A DNA stretch of 63,400 nt, the filler included, from Stramenopiles sp. TOSAG23-2 (lineage: Eukaryota): assembly GCA_900128395.1 (NCBI GenBank). It is 8 parts of 8 records of this genome, joined end to end, with 100 filler letters (N's around TTAATTAATTAA, not from the genome) between each part and the next. Parts side by side here need not be neighbours in the genome. Positions count along the whole stretch, not along the records: positions 11,762 to 23,418 come from LT649910.1; positions 23,519 to 35,166 come from LT649911.1; 6 more parts are not named here. One strand, 5' to 3'. Made by a program: the position numbers and the translations under genes. Of the stretch, positions 22,654-34,653 are shown one piece after another; positions within the stretch are counted from its first letter, which is position 1; each line of letters begins with the position of its first letter. The notes under the pieces are model-generated. The model saw only the letters and a program-made list of their open reading frames with translations. It was not told the DNA's origin and did no database searches.

Positions 22654-23286
22654 ATGACGATGATGATAATTATATTGATGATAATTATTGGAAATGTAGA
22701 CATTATGATAAAAGTTGGTGCAACTAAATATTTAGATACATTTGCAACATCACCAGGGCCCTTAGAAAATGAGATGACGGTTCGATGGAGTGAAACAAAT
22801 TTTTCAAGTGTCGATAACAATGAAATGAATTTAACTTTATATAATATATCCGGAGCATGGAAACATCAAATAGTTGCATACAATAATAAAACATTCACGA
22901 TATCAGGCTTAACTGTAAATCAAGAGTATTGGTTTCAAAGCAAATATTACATTGATGCAGTTAATGTGACGAATGGTGCCTTGCTCTTTCAATTTAATGT
23001 TGGGCCACGTCTACATTCACATCCAATCCATGATTTAAATGATAATACGAATATAGACAAGTACTGGGTGAGTTCAAATTCAGGTACATTATATCATTTA
23101 ACATGCCCAAAAGATGCTCATATTGTACTAAATCGCATTGTATACGTATGCCCAGAACTTACGATAGTAGAACCAACGCAAAATGATTTATGCAATGATT
23201 TGGAAAGGCCGTGTGTGGCAGTGCAAAAACTAAAGCAATTAAGAAAAGAAGGGGAATGGGTTTCACATAAAAATTTAATCAATTGA
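22654..23286 (+). CDS. Putative secreted protein with fibronectin type III-like domain
   Basis: Hydrophobic start MTMMIIILMIII; MTVRW...FTISGLTVNQEYWF FN3-like signature; multiple N-x-S/T sites. Confidence 0.55.
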   Translation: MTMMIIILMIIIGNVDIMIKVGATKYLDTFATSPGPLENEMTVRWSETNFSSVDNNEMNLTLYNISGAWKHQIVAYNNKTFTISGLTVNQEYWFQSKYYIDAVNVTNGALLFQFNVGPRLHSHPIHDLNDNTNIDKYWVSSNSGTLYHLTCPKDAHIVLNRIVYVCPELTIVEPTQNDLCNDLERPCVAVQKLKQLRKEGEWVSHKNLIN

Positions 23287-23418
23287 TACGGTATCTAGCC
23301 AGCTAGGTACCTATATTTTATAATATTTAAGCACTTAATAATAATAATTGAAATAATAATAGCTCTATAAAATAAATAATATTACAGAAATAATATAGTA
23401 TATATATTAATATATATA

Positions 23419-23518
23419 NNNNNNNNNNNNNNNNNNNNNNNNNNNNNNNNNNNNNNNNNNNNTTAATTAATTAANNNNNNNNNNNNNNNNNNNNNNNNNN
23501 NNNNNNNNNNNNNNNNNN
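23419..23518. other. Artificial contig linker
   Basis: 100-nt N-run/TTAATTAATTAA/N-run. Confidence 0.99.
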
Positions 23519-23573
23519 CATTTAACATTTCAATACATGCATCAAGATACACCTTGCAACCCATGACAAGGTC
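23519..23573. repeat. 55-bp inverted copy of 24173-24227 at contig start (chimeric junction)
   Basis: Exact reverse complement; joins the gene at the shared caaggtc microhomology. Confidence 0.92.
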
Positions 23574-26442
23574 CATTTCTTGAACAGACTGAGAACAAAA
23601 TAGGAATTGTGACTGGGATTGTTGGTATCCGTGGGGTTAAATTTGTTTTAACAGGAGAACAAAATCATGCAGGTACTACACCGATGTTTATGAGGAAAGA
23701 TGCAGGAATGCAAGCAATTATGTTGGGTTCAAAAATTAATGAAGAATTTGAGAAAAGTAAAGGAGAGCGAACTGTTTGGACATTTGGTGATATTAATTTC
23801 AATCCTGGTAGCCATTCTATTATACCTGGTGAATGTGAATTATATTTGCAATGGAGGGACGATGATGAGGGGCAATTAAATAGATTTGCCTATATAGTAG
23901 AAAATATAGTAGAAAAGATGAACAAAAAAAGCAAAGTGCAGATTGAAATGATACATTTAAATAATAATTGTGACCCAGCACCATGCGATAAGAATTTACA
24001 AAATATCATTTTGAAATCTGCTAAAAAAATTTGTCCAAACGATTGGAGTATAATGCCATCTGGAGCAGCACATGATGCACAGATATTAGCAAAAGTTGTC
24101 CCGTCAGCAATGTTATTTGTACCAAGTATATCGGGCATATCACATAATTTTGCTGAAAACACACTTGATGGTGACCTTGTCATGGGTTGCAAGGTGTATC
24201 TTGATGCATGTATTGAAATGTTAAATGATCAACATGGGAAATTGAATAGCAAAAGTAATAATGTATTAAAGTCGAATCAAACTGCTGCAATTATTAAAAA
24301 AGAAAAGAAAAGTATTGTAGAAGAATTTAAAGATTGGCAAATGCAAGGCGTCGTCACATCTGTTGATATAACGCGTTATTATTTAAGTCGTATAAATCGG
24401 TACAATCACTTATTAAATGCTGTTATTGAAATTAATCCAGAAGCATTGAATGCAGCTGATAAATTAGATAAGGAACGAGCAAATGGTAATATTCGCAGTC
24501 CATTACATGGTATACCAATATTGATTAAAGACAATATTAATACAGACGATTTAATGGATACTACTGCTGGATCTTTAGCATTGTTAAATAGTAAACCAAA
24601 TGCGGATGCTTTTATTATTACCAAATTGCGTAAAGCTGGTTGTATCATCTTAGGCAAGACAAATCTAAGTGAATGGGCAAATTTTCGTGGTAGTCGATCG
24701 CATGATGGATGGTCTGCAAGGGGTGGACAAACACGCAACCCTTACGATTTAAACAAAAGTGCTGTTGGAAGTAGCAGTGGCAGTGGCTCTGCTGTTGCGG
24801 CACAACTTGCTCCACTTGCTGTTGGGACAGAAACTAATGGTTCAATTTCTTGTCCCAGCATGGTTTGTGGTATTTGTGGCTTCAAACCAAGTGTAGGTTC
24901 AACTAGTAGAAGTGGAATCATACCTATTGCATCTTCGTTAGATAGTGCTGGTCCAATGGGAAAATCTATGAAAGATATCATATATTTATACAATGAAATG
25001 ATCGGTTATGATCCAAATGACATAGAGGCAGTAGAATTATTTAAAAATAAGAAAATGCCTTTAAAAGTACAACATATATCATTATTTCAAAAAGATCCAA
25101 GAACCGTGTTAAAAGGCAAACGGATCGGTGTTCTACGAGGAGATATGTTTATCTTTGATAAGCATATCATGGAGGTATATGAACGTTCTATCGCGTTGTT
25201 AAGTGCTAATGGGGCTACAATCATAGATAATTTATTTTTACTTGATACAACTGTAGATGTTCTTACTGGAAAATTTAATAAAAGTCACCGGTCTAATACT
25301 GCAAAGCTGATGCTATTTGAAATGAAACATGGTATGGAACAGTATTTACGAACAACTAGAGAAAGTAAATCAAGCAATAAATTCAATTTAATGAGGAATT
25401 TGGATGATATCATACAATTCAATGCTGAAAATGCGCAAGATGAATTATCTTTATTTGGACAAGAATTTTTTATTGAGGCAACAAAATGCGAAAGCTTGCC
25501 AAATAAAGATCATGCAAAATTGAAACAGGAAATACGACAAGCAGCAGGGAAAGATGGTATTGATTATTTATTGAATAAATATCAATTGGATTGCTTGATA
25601 ATGCCTAGCGGTAGAGATGCGCCTTATTTACCGGGAAAAAGGCTGGCATCCCAAATTGGAGTTGACGACAAGAAAAGGCGCATAACAAGTGTTCCTAAAA
25701 ATTTTAGTACAGCTGCGTTGCCATGTATGGCAGGTGCACCATTATTAGTTGTTCCATCCGGTCTTAGTTCAAAGACTAATATGCCACTTGGTCTATCGTT
25801 CACTGGTACTGTTGGGTCCGATTCATTGATATTGGAAATAGGTTATGCATTTGAGCAGTGTCGTGAGCAAAGTCTTGACATTCATCCACCACAACTCTTT
25901 GTTGAAAATGAGGAAACATTAGTTCGCAAAATATTGGTTAAGGGTAAATTGTAATTTTTGATTGGAGATATTTTTTTAAGCGCTATATGCATATATGACA
26001 TCATTACATACATCATAATATCATATATATCATATAATGTTCGTAAATTAAATGATATGTCATATATATATGTAACGAAATTGACAAAATTGCAGCCTCT
26101 ACGACAATAGTACCATATACTACTGACCACAATCGCATTGATGACAATAATAGCCCCATTAATCATGTAGCACATTCTACAAACATTTCAGTTATCCAAA
26201 ATGGGTCCAATACACAAGCGTCAATCGCAAAGTCGTCTGTAGATGATGTCTCCAGTACCATTGATTCGATTACTAATGGCTCCACTCTGAAGAAGCGAAA
26301 CTTACCCACTAATGATACTTCAGGTTCACGAAATATAGCAGCGCGAGTTAAAGAGCGACGACGACCAGTCAAAAAGAGACAAAAACAACCACGACCACCA
26401 GTTACCGCTCTTGCTTCCCCTGGATCTAAACAACATGAATAA
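23567..26442 (+). CDS. 5'-truncated fusion: M20 allantoate amidohydrolase/N-carbamoylase domain + amidase-signature domain + S/T-rich basic tail; intron 25944..26095
   Basis: QGP.LE..IGIVTGIVG, GEQNHAGTTPM, PSGAAHDAQ, GISH (M20); PLHGIPILIKDN, GKTNLSEWANFR, GSSSGS, GTETNGSI (amidase triad); GTAAAT..TTGCAG phase-1 intron opens a further exon ending TAA at 26442. Confidence 0.85.
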
Positions 26443-26609
26443 TTCTTTCACAGGTCTTTCCAGTTTAGTTATATCTTTCAAATTATTTAAATAAGAGAAT
26501 TAAATTATTTATATATATATGTATCATATCATAACGAAAAATTATTTACGTTCGTATGATATGATACGAGTAATATTTATAACGAAAAAACTATTTTGTA
26601 GTGTGTGTG

Positions 26610-29600
26610 TTATTTTTTATTGTGGTACTGGCTCATTCTAGATTTATTCTTTTGCCTCCCTTCATCAATCAATCTTTTCATGACAATTGTCCTTCGTTTG
26701 GACAATGGAGATACCGGTGCAACACCATTTGTACTTCTCATGCTATTGTGCATATTGTTTGAACTATCAATTTTCAATTTATTCATTTCACCTCTACCTG
26801 CCATACGACTACCGTACATATTACCTCCTCTATTACTTGAATGATTTTTATAACGCATATTATTACCTAAACTACTTCCAAGTTTTTGTCTCATCCTACC
26901 AGCTGATTTTGGTCGAGCGCGTCTTTTCTTCCCAAGCTTCTTTCCTCTTTTTTTAGTCGTACTTTTCATAACAGAGTTATTTTTATCCATTAAATTCGTT
27001 GGTGCAGTCTGTGGTCGTTGAAGCTGCTGTTGTAATTGTATAAAATTGGCTTGCTCTTGTTGTGGTTCGATTAATTGTTGCTGTGGCTGTTGATTTGTTG
27101 CATCACTTGTTTGTTCCCCCCATGGCTTTAAATCCATTTTCTTGTACTTTTTTAGATCTTTAGTTGCTAAATCTTCTAAATCTACACCAGTGTCTCCATG
27201 CCTGGATGCTGTATATTTCCAATCACGTCTTTCGCTTAAGCCTAAGGGGCCTGGATAATTCATTGGTGGGGAAATATCATGATCTCGTAATAAAGTTCTC
27301 AATTGTTCATTTTGTACATACAATAAACGATAATTTTCACTTAAATCGTTGTAGTCGTTTGCTAAATAATCAATTGATTTTTTATTGCCATGTCCTCTTG
27401 GGTCATTAATATTATTATCATTATTTCCATCTGCAATTTTTCTTTTCGTTTCCTTTTCTTTCATGATGGCTATTTGTTGAAATGCTTTTCTTTTCAGTTT
27501 TTTCTCCCTATCTAATTCACGTTTTAATTGTATAACCGCTTGGTTTGCTCGATGTAACGATTTTTTTGTAGTATCAGCAGATTGTTGTAATTGTATAATG
27601 TCTACTTCACTTTGTGTTTTTTTTGGCGAGCTTCTACCACCTAAGCCATTGTTGTTAGTATTTTTATACTGTTCAATTTCGTTTCTTAAATACGTTAAAA
27701 CTTGTGTTTGAGAAATCTTCCAATTCAACAATTCATTTTTCGTATGTTCTGCAAGCTTTAAATTTTGTTTTAAATTTTTAATAATTTCATTCTTTTCAAT
27801 TGCGGTGCTTTGAACTGATACCAATTCTTGTTTCAATGCCTCTTCTCTCTTTTCCATATCAGTAACTTTGGACCAAAGTCCTTCTGATTTATTTAATTTC
27901 TCATTAGCTTCGTTTAATTTCTTTTCATTATGCAATGAGACTTTCATTATTTTCTGTTCCATATCAGTTCGTAACCTCGCCATTTCTCTTTTAGACCTAC
28001 TTAAATCTTGTTTCAAATCTACTACGTCTTCCTCTGCTTTTGCAACTTTAACGGTGCGTTGCTTTAGTTTGTTTGTAACTATTGTATCATTGTCCAAAAT
28101 TTTTGCCATTGCCATTCGATTTGCCATTGCTAGTTCTCCTAGCATATCGATTTTCAATGTTTCTTTATATTCTTCAAATTTACCTTTTAATTCAATGTTT
28201 TCTGATTTTAAGTGTTCAATTTCATCTAGACATTTTGCTCTTGCCTTTATCATTAATTCTGCTTCTTTCTCCTTTATACTCTCTTTTAGTTCAAACAATT
28301 TTCTTTTTAGTGCGTCGATACTAAACAACAGTGCGTAACAACGAGAGGCTACCCTCCCATTGACATTTCTTTGCTCGGATAAAATAGACTCGTTGTATTC
28401 CCTGGTTTTATTGTTGAGGTGTATATTCAATTGCTCTATCGTCTTCTTTAAATGATATACTTCTAAATCATTATTTTTATGATTATTTTTGCTTATACCT
28501 TCATCAACATCTTCAACTTCCGAATCATTATATTTACTACTAACACTGGCTCCTTTATGATGGGAGAGACTCTTTTTGTTATCCGTCAATCCTAACGCTA
28601 CGTGTTCTTCTTCCTGCAATTGATTGAAGAGATATTGGATATTAATTACTTGCTTCATCGACAAGCAATTATTAATCAAAGCTGCCAATTCGTCCAAAGG
28701 CAACGAATTTAACTGTCGTCTAATCATATTGATATACTTCCATTTTAAAATTCGATTATTCACATCTAGTATTGCATTACCAATGAAACGTCTTTTTTCA
28801 ATCGTAATTAAATAATCTACTTTACTTTTCAAACTAGAAATTTTATTTTTTGCATCTGTAGCACCACCATGAGCATTCGCGTTTGTATTATCGACATGGT
28901 TTTCCATTAAGTATTCCATGGCTAATAACACACCATTTATGTAATTTCGAACAGTGCCTTTCGCGTTGTATGTATGCTTAACTATTCCCTTCAATTTATT
29001 AGAAATTGTGTTGCATATGCAACCGGTAAATGCACCAATACTGTAACCTGGTCCTAATAAAGGACTTGTCTCTTCCAAACATGCTATTGCTAGTGCATTG
29101 CTCGTATACGTAACTTTATATAAATGTGTCCAAAACCATCTTGAACCTCCACCTCCACCATAGTTTGTGTGATCTGTGTGTGTAAGCGGTTCTGCATGTA
29201 TATTTTCTTTTATTTGCAATATCTCCCTACTTTTTTCCACGAATCGATCATTAGTGGTGATAAAGTCATGATGAGCATCATATGCATTCAAAACACTTTC
29301 ATTTTTGCTCAGTAATGTTAACATTGATTGTGAAAATACTTTAACTGATGTTTGAACTCGTTTATTATATTTAATATTGTTTAATATTTCGTTACTTTTG
29401 TTATCTTCGTTAGAAATGATGCAAATTTTGTCCGGGACATTATCATCGGTACTAAGCTTTTGCAGATTAAATACACCATCGCTTGCTTCTCTTTTTTCTT
29501 CAGCTACATTGTTGATGCATTTGGAGAAAATTTCATTAATTGATGTTCTTAAAATCAAATAAAGAAATGTTCTAAATCTCAATATATGGATCAAGATAGT

Positions 29601-32600
29601 CGATACGTCTTTCGTATTTCTTCTACGCCTGCTTCCATATCCATCATCACTATCTCTAGAATTATCATATGCATCCTGCTGCTCCAAATAAAATTTGAAT
29701 TTGCTCCACTCGTATTTCATTGTATCATATAATACATCTACATCGTCTGTTCCAGCTTGTTTACTGCTACTGAAGAAGTGACAACGTACTTTAATTAGCC
29801 AGAATATATCTCTAAATGCTGACATCAATATAAGTGCTTCATTCATTAATTTTTTTCGCTTGTCTCTTTTAGTTTCACCAGAATCAATGCTATCATCTTG
29901 ATCCCATAATTTTAACAGCTCAGTCCTGTTTGGTATGTACCACACGTTATTTATTTCTATCTCATTATAATTTCCAATCAAAAAAGATTCTGGTTTCTCC
30001 ATTAATTTAGGTTCCTCCTCATCATCGTCTCCACTTTTTGGATTTTTGCCATTGATACTGCTCATAACGTTGTTCATATAATCTACATTAGTATAAAATA
30101 TTGTATCTTCAAATTGTTCTTTGGCTTTATCTCGCATGACTTTTGTGATACGTTCTAAATCTTCACAGACTACGATGGTCTGATAACGTAACATTTCCGG
30201 TTCCACCTCTTGTATCATATTATTGCATAAGTCTTCAACAAGCTCAAGTTTTAAATCTTGCATTAATTTGTTTCTCAATTGATCATTCGATTCTCTTTTG
30301 AATTGTTTTGAACGTAGCGCATAGCTGGCCCAGAAAATCTCATGATGCCTACTTTTCCGTCTGTATAAAGAAAAAAATTGTGGTCGAACTTGATTGCTTA
30401 GTTCTCTTAAAATCATTCTGTAGCTACTCTTTTCGTTTTCCGTTATGAAAAAGGATCCCGTGTTTTTTTTCGCTGCCATTAATTGAATCTCATCAATTTG
30501 TATTTGATTATGCCGTATAATAGTTAACAATAAGGATTGTTCTACGGCTTGGGCTTTTACACTTACACGTAACAGCTTTAAACCATTTTCAGTCAAATCA
30601 ATAATATTTTTAACTCCATTAATCGTTCTATAATCATACGTTGAAGCTTCATCTTCGCTATAAAATTTATATTGGAAATTATTAATTGCCAATGGATAGG
30701 AATAAAACTTATTTGCCGTAATATCAGTACTCTTATTATTATCACTATTGCTACTATTTCCAGGGCTTGATGAATTATAGGAAAGTACTTGTTTTGGCTT
30801 GAATTTTCCTTCATCTGCAACTCTTTCATCTTGGTATATAATCTCTCTTCCAAAATATTCCCGTTGTGTATTGTAGTACTCGCGATAAAATTCACTTTCA
30901 AAATACAACAAAATTAACTCCTCCCGTAATAACAAACTTTCTATGACATTGTAAAATGTTTGTATTCCTGGTGGAGCTTGTTTTGATAGATTCACATTAT
31001 CAAGAAAACCATTTTCAGCATCTTTTATTAATTCAAAACATGCATGTTTGATATTATTCCAAGTGGGTTTATTTGAAATTGCAAAAATACAATTGCTGTT
31101 GCTATTGATACCGTTAAATTCACTATCATTAATACTTATCATATTGTTATGTAATAAACCAACATAGTTCCATTCTTCCAAAAAGACATCTTTATATATC
31201 CAACTTAAAAGTTGGTAAGACATTAATTTTATTATTACATCACTATATTTGCTCTCATAACAGCGGTATAATAATTGTAAATTGGATCTTTCTACATGAC
31301 GCATTATAGGCATGATACGAACGATATGTTTTATACTATGATAGGTAACTTTAGTATTGTCACTGCTGCTCATGCTCAAATTTTTTTCTACTTCCATTTG
31401 ATCATTGACTATTTCATTAAATAATTCAATTTTAGATTTTAACAGTTTTACTTCATTATTGTATATCGTTTTAAAATAGCACGTATTGTTTTTCTCCGTA
31501 GAATTATTCTTCGCGTTATAAAATGAGGGACGATTATAAATTATACGTAACATTTCATCTCGTAAAGCCTTTCTTTCTGGTTTGCTTGTTAAATTCAGGT
31601 AGTATTTTTTCAATAAGATATTAACTAGAAACGATTTATTCAATTGATATCTATCTTCGCAATCATATAAATCAGCTAGAATCTCAGCGCGATCAACAAC
31701 ATGTTGTTGTTGATTATTATGATCATATTCATCCGATGGAGTGGATAATGCTTCGAAGTTTTGAATACATGAAGAGCCTATTTCCAACATGCTTTGCTCC
31801 AGTTTTTGCAAAGCGATGATTGCACTATCATACATTTTATCAAAGTTATCGTATGGTTGTCTTACATGCCATTGTTTCTCCTCCTTTGAGAACATTCTAT
31901 TTTCTAAATAGGAAATGTCATTTATGTAATTGTCATTATTGTTATTTAATGAGAAATTATCATTGTTAAATTTAATGTTATTGTCATCGTCGATGATAAA
32001 ATCATGCGACAAACGTTTTTCAACTGCTTTGAAATAATTTAGGGTACTTAGTAATCTACGTTTACAATTTAATGTCTTCAAAAATCGTAAATTATACAAT
32101 ATCTCTATCCTATTTTTGACACTTTCGCTTATACGGCGAACTTTCTTTTCTGACAATAACGGTATTGCATCTTTCATCCCGAATTCATCATCTTCTGCTT
32201 CAAACGTATTGTTATGATCGATATACATTCCATTGTCATTTTCATTACTTTTTCTATCAAATATCGCAGTGGCGTCTTCTTCTAATGTACCAACATCATG
32301 CCTTCTTTTTCGCGCTATCGTACGCACGTTGCAAGTAGTAACTTCGTGTTTTAATCGCTCTTTAACTATTTCTAAATTCTTTTCGCTTAAAAATTCTTGT
32401 TCTACAAGCAACAATTTATCTAGGTTGGTAGAATCTCCATCATCCGAATTTATATTTTGCGAATGAATATCTCCGCTGCCACCTTCCTGTTGCTGTTTTT
32501 CAAATAAATTTGTAACATCATCTACATCATTTGACAATGCATTTGATATATTTATTAGAAATTTATCGTTGATCCAGTCACTGTTGTATAAACATATTTT

Positions 32601-33737
32601 CCCACTGCAAGAACTATTTCCTTCTATATCTTGATATTGATTTTCTTCTTCACCAGATTCATCTATATTGTTCCTATTATCAACTGGTGGTGAAGCAAAT
32701 ACAAATTTACTTTGCAAATTAATATATGCATCATCGAAAACACGTTTTACTTCGTATATTAAATGACCAACATGCTCATCGTGTACTTCATCCACATACG
32801 GTCCACCTTGCTCTTTTAAGGCATTGATTTTATTGACTAGTTTAATTGGTAGATAATCTTTGAAATATTCCATGTATACCAGTACAATATTCCATAACCG
32901 TTGTCCATTTACTGTCAGAACTGGGGTAGTATTGTCATTTAAATCTAAACTATCATCTTCCTCGCCAATATTATTAATAGTATTATTATTATTGCTTGCA
33001 TTACTAAAATTACGACCAATTTCTACAATTTTTTCATAAATATGTACTCTATTGCCAATATCTTGGCATTGCAGACGTTTCCCAAAAATAGACGTGTGAA
33101 AGGATATATTTTGCTGATCAATTAGCCAGCATACGTATTTTTTCAGGTGTTTTTGTGTATTTACTGGCTTCCCGTTAATTAAATCGAAGGTATCCTTACA
33201 AATTTTAAAATCCTTGTATTCTTTTGAAATATTTTTAAATTGCTGCATCATGATTTGGAAAGAACCAACATCGATACTTCCCACGTCTCCTTTTCCTTTC
33301 TTTGTATTCATGCGATCTTGGAGAATATTACGTTCGTACAACTTTGTTTGCAACATGTAGTTAAAGAAGCGTTTTATAATTGAATCAATAGAAACTCGAA
33401 CATTACGTTTTTGACCAGCGACAGCAATATGATGTGTTAATATATCTGCTGCATTAGATGGTTCAAACGAAGTCCGGGATACACCTGACGACAAATCTTG
33501 TAAAAATTTCTCTCTGTTATCTTCCAAAGTTGCTTTACTTAATTCACTTGCTATTTTTTGTTTTAATATTTCAGCTTGTTTTGTGTTGCCATGCGTACCA
33601 GATACCACAACTCGTTGAAGCTCATCATTATATTTCTTAATTTCCTCTGATATTTGTGACTCTAACGAAGCTTGCCTTTCAATTATACTTTGCATATTCG
33701 GTATATCAGCAGCCGTTGTATTCTTCTGTTCTGCCAT
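26610..33737 (-). CDS. CCDC162-like large coiled-coil protein (2375 aa, no intron needed)
   Basis: LLSTLNYFKAVEKRL, MYDSAIIALQKLEQSMLEIGS and VDRAEILADLYDCE resemble CCDC162/DUF4549-family blocks as I recall them; C-terminal coiled coil, RPQTA/RPKSA motifs. Confidence 0.65.
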   Translation of the reverse strand: MAEQKNTTAADIPNMQSIIERQASLESQISEEIKKYNDELQRVVVSGTHGNTKQAEILKQKIASELSKATLEDNREKFLQDLSSGVSRTSFEPSNAADILTHHIAVAGQKRNVRVSIDSIIKRFFNYMLQTKLYERNILQDRMNTKKGKGDVGSIDVGSFQIMMQQFKNISKEYKDFKICKDTFDLINGKPVNTQKHLKKYVCWLIDQQNISFHTSIFGKRLQCQDIGNRVHIYEKIVEIGRNFSNASNNNNTINNIGEEDDSLDLNDNTTPVLTVNGQRLWNIVLVYMEYFKDYLPIKLVNKINALKEQGGPYVDEVHDEHVGHLIYEVKRVFDDAYINLQSKFVFASPPVDNRNNIDESGEEENQYQDIEGNSSCSGKICLYNSDWINDKFLINISNALSNDVDDVTNLFEKQQQEGGSGDIHSQNINSDDGDSTNLDKLLLVEQEFLSEKNLEIVKERLKHEVTTCNVRTIARKRRHDVGTLEEDATAIFDRKSNENDNGMYIDHNNTFEAEDDEFGMKDAIPLLSEKKVRRISESVKNRIEILYNLRFLKTLNCKRRLLSTLNYFKAVEKRLSHDFIIDDDNNIKFNNDNFSLNNNNDNYINDISYLENRMFSKEEKQWHVRQPYDNFDKMYDSAIIALQKLEQSMLEIGSSCIQNFEALSTPSDEYDHNNQQQHVVDRAEILADLYDCEDRYQLNKSFLVNILLKKYYLNLTSKPERKALRDEMLRIIYNRPSFYNAKNNSTEKNNTCYFKTIYNNEVKLLKSKIELFNEIVNDQMEVEKNLSMSSSDNTKVTYHSIKHIVRIMPIMRHVERSNLQLLYRCYESKYSDVIIKLMSYQLLSWIYKDVFLEEWNYVGLLHNNMISINDSEFNGINSNSNCIFAISNKPTWNNIKHACFELIKDAENGFLDNVNLSKQAPPGIQTFYNVIESLLLREELILLYFESEFYREYYNTQREYFGREIIYQDERVADEGKFKPKQVLSYNSSSPGNSSNSDNNKSTDITANKFYSYPLAINNFQYKFYSEDEASTYDYRTINGVKNIIDLTENGLKLLRVSVKAQAVEQSLLLTIIRHNQIQIDEIQLMAAKKNTGSFFITENEKSSYRMILRELSNQVRPQFFSLYRRKSRHHEIFWASYALRSKQFKRESNDQLRNKLMQDLKLELVEDLCNNMIQEVEPEMLRYQTIVVCEDLERITKVMRDKAKEQFEDTIFYTNVDYMNNVMSSINGKNPKSGDDDEEEPKLMEKPESFLIGNYNEIEINNVWYIPNRTELLKLWDQDDSIDSGETKRDKRKKLMNEALILMSAFRDIFWLIKVRCHFFSSSKQAGTDDVDVLYDTMKYEWSKFKFYLEQQDAYDNSRDSDDGYGSRRRRNTKDVSTILIHILRFRTFLYLILRTSINEIFSKCINNVAEEKREASDGVFNLQKLSTDDNVPDKICIISNEDNKSNEILNNIKYNKRVQTSVKVFSQSMLTLLSKNESVLNAYDAHHDFITTNDRFVEKSREILQIKENIHAEPLTHTDHTNYGGGGGSRWFWTHLYKVTYTSNALAIACLEETSPLLGPGYSIGAFTGCICNTISNKLKGIVKHTYNAKGTVRNYINGVLLAMEYLMENHVDNTNANAHGGATDAKNKISSLKSKVDYLITIEKRRFIGNAILDVNNRILKWKYINMIRRQLNSLPLDELAALINNCLSMKQVINIQYLFNQLQEEEHVALGLTDNKKSLSHHKGASVSSKYNDSEVEDVDEGISKNNHKNNDLEVYHLKKTIEQLNIHLNNKTREYNESILSEQRNVNGRVASRCYALLFSIDALKRKLFELKESIKEKEAELMIKARAKCLDEIEHLKSENIELKGKFEEYKETLKIDMLGELAMANRMAMAKILDNDTIVTNKLKQRTVKVAKAEEDVVDLKQDLSRSKREMARLRTDMEQKIMKVSLHNEKKLNEANEKLNKSEGLWSKVTDMEKREEALKQELVSVQSTAIEKNEIIKNLKQNLKLAEHTKNELLNWKISQTQVLTYLRNEIEQYKNTNNNGLGGRSSPKKTQSEVDIIQLQQSADTTKKSLHRANQAVIQLKRELDREKKLKRKAFQQIAIMKEKETKRKIADGNNDNNINDPRGHGNKKSIDYLANDYNDLSENYRLLYVQNEQLRTLLRDHDISPPMNYPGPLGLSERRDWKYTASRHGDTGVDLEDLATKDLKKYKKMDLKPWGEQTSDATNQQPQQQLIEPQQEQANFIQLQQQLQRPQTAPTNLMDKNNSVMKSTTKKRGKKLGKKRRARPKSAGRMRQKLGSSLGNNMRYKNHSSNRGGNMYGSRMAGRGEMNKLKIDSSNNMHNSMRSTNGVAPVSPLSKRRTIVMKRLIDEGRQKNKSRMSQYHNKK

Positions 33738-34107
33738 TGTGATATATTATATATATTATTGGGAAGAATCTTTTTGCAGCATGCGCCTAGGAATTTATAT
33801 GGCGATACAAATTGGATGTATTACACACAAAAAAAAAAGATGTATAACTGTTTAACTGCACAATGATCGATGATGTATCTGCAACAACATATTACAGAAG
33901 AATTTTGTGATGATGATAACCAACGTAAAATATAATAATAACGGCCTCTTTCACAACACAATAATGTACATTATTGTACAACCCAGCCCTAGCAGTATCA
34001 TATCATTACAATTCGCATATTTTCCCTCAAATTTCATCAAAATCATCATTTTCAACCTAAATTCTTCAATTTCATTGTTATAATGATGGATTTTTCATTT
34101 CATTACC

Positions 34108-34500
34108 AGAAAACAAAGGAAAAACATTGAAAATACCTTTTGAAAGTTAGGCTCCACTAGTATACCATTTTTCCTATCAATTGGCAAAATAATTTTGACA
34201 TTTCTTGTTTTCAGAAATTAGGGATAGCAGATTTTCTGGTATCGAATTTTTACATTAAAATTTGTACTTAAATAAATTATTAATTTACAGAAATGACTAA
34301 AAAAAAGAAAACAAAGGAAAAACATTGAAAATACCTTTTTAAACTTAGGCTCCACTAGTATACCATTTTTCCTATCAATTGGCAAAATAATTTTGACATT
34401 TCTTGTTTTCAGAAATTAGGGATAGCAGAATTTCTGGCATCAAATTTTTACATTAAAATTTGTACTTAAATAAATTATTAATTTACAGAAATGACTAAAA
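34108..34500. repeat. Diverged non-coding tandem duplication, 198-bp period
   Basis: 34108-34302 vs 34306-34500 with several substitutions. Confidence 0.9.
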
Positions 34501-34653
34501 TAAAGTATAAAATTCATAGAAATCATTAAATTATAAAAATATCCATTTTTTAAAACACAAAATACATATAAAAATAACATCGTCATTTTAACAATTTCAA
34601 CTTGGTCTTAAATTATATATAAATACCATCAATATGAAATCATACAAAATATC

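Noticed and set aside
26163-26372. Minus-strand 69-aa ORF
   Set aside because: Antisense shadow of the plus-strand terminal exon 26096-26442
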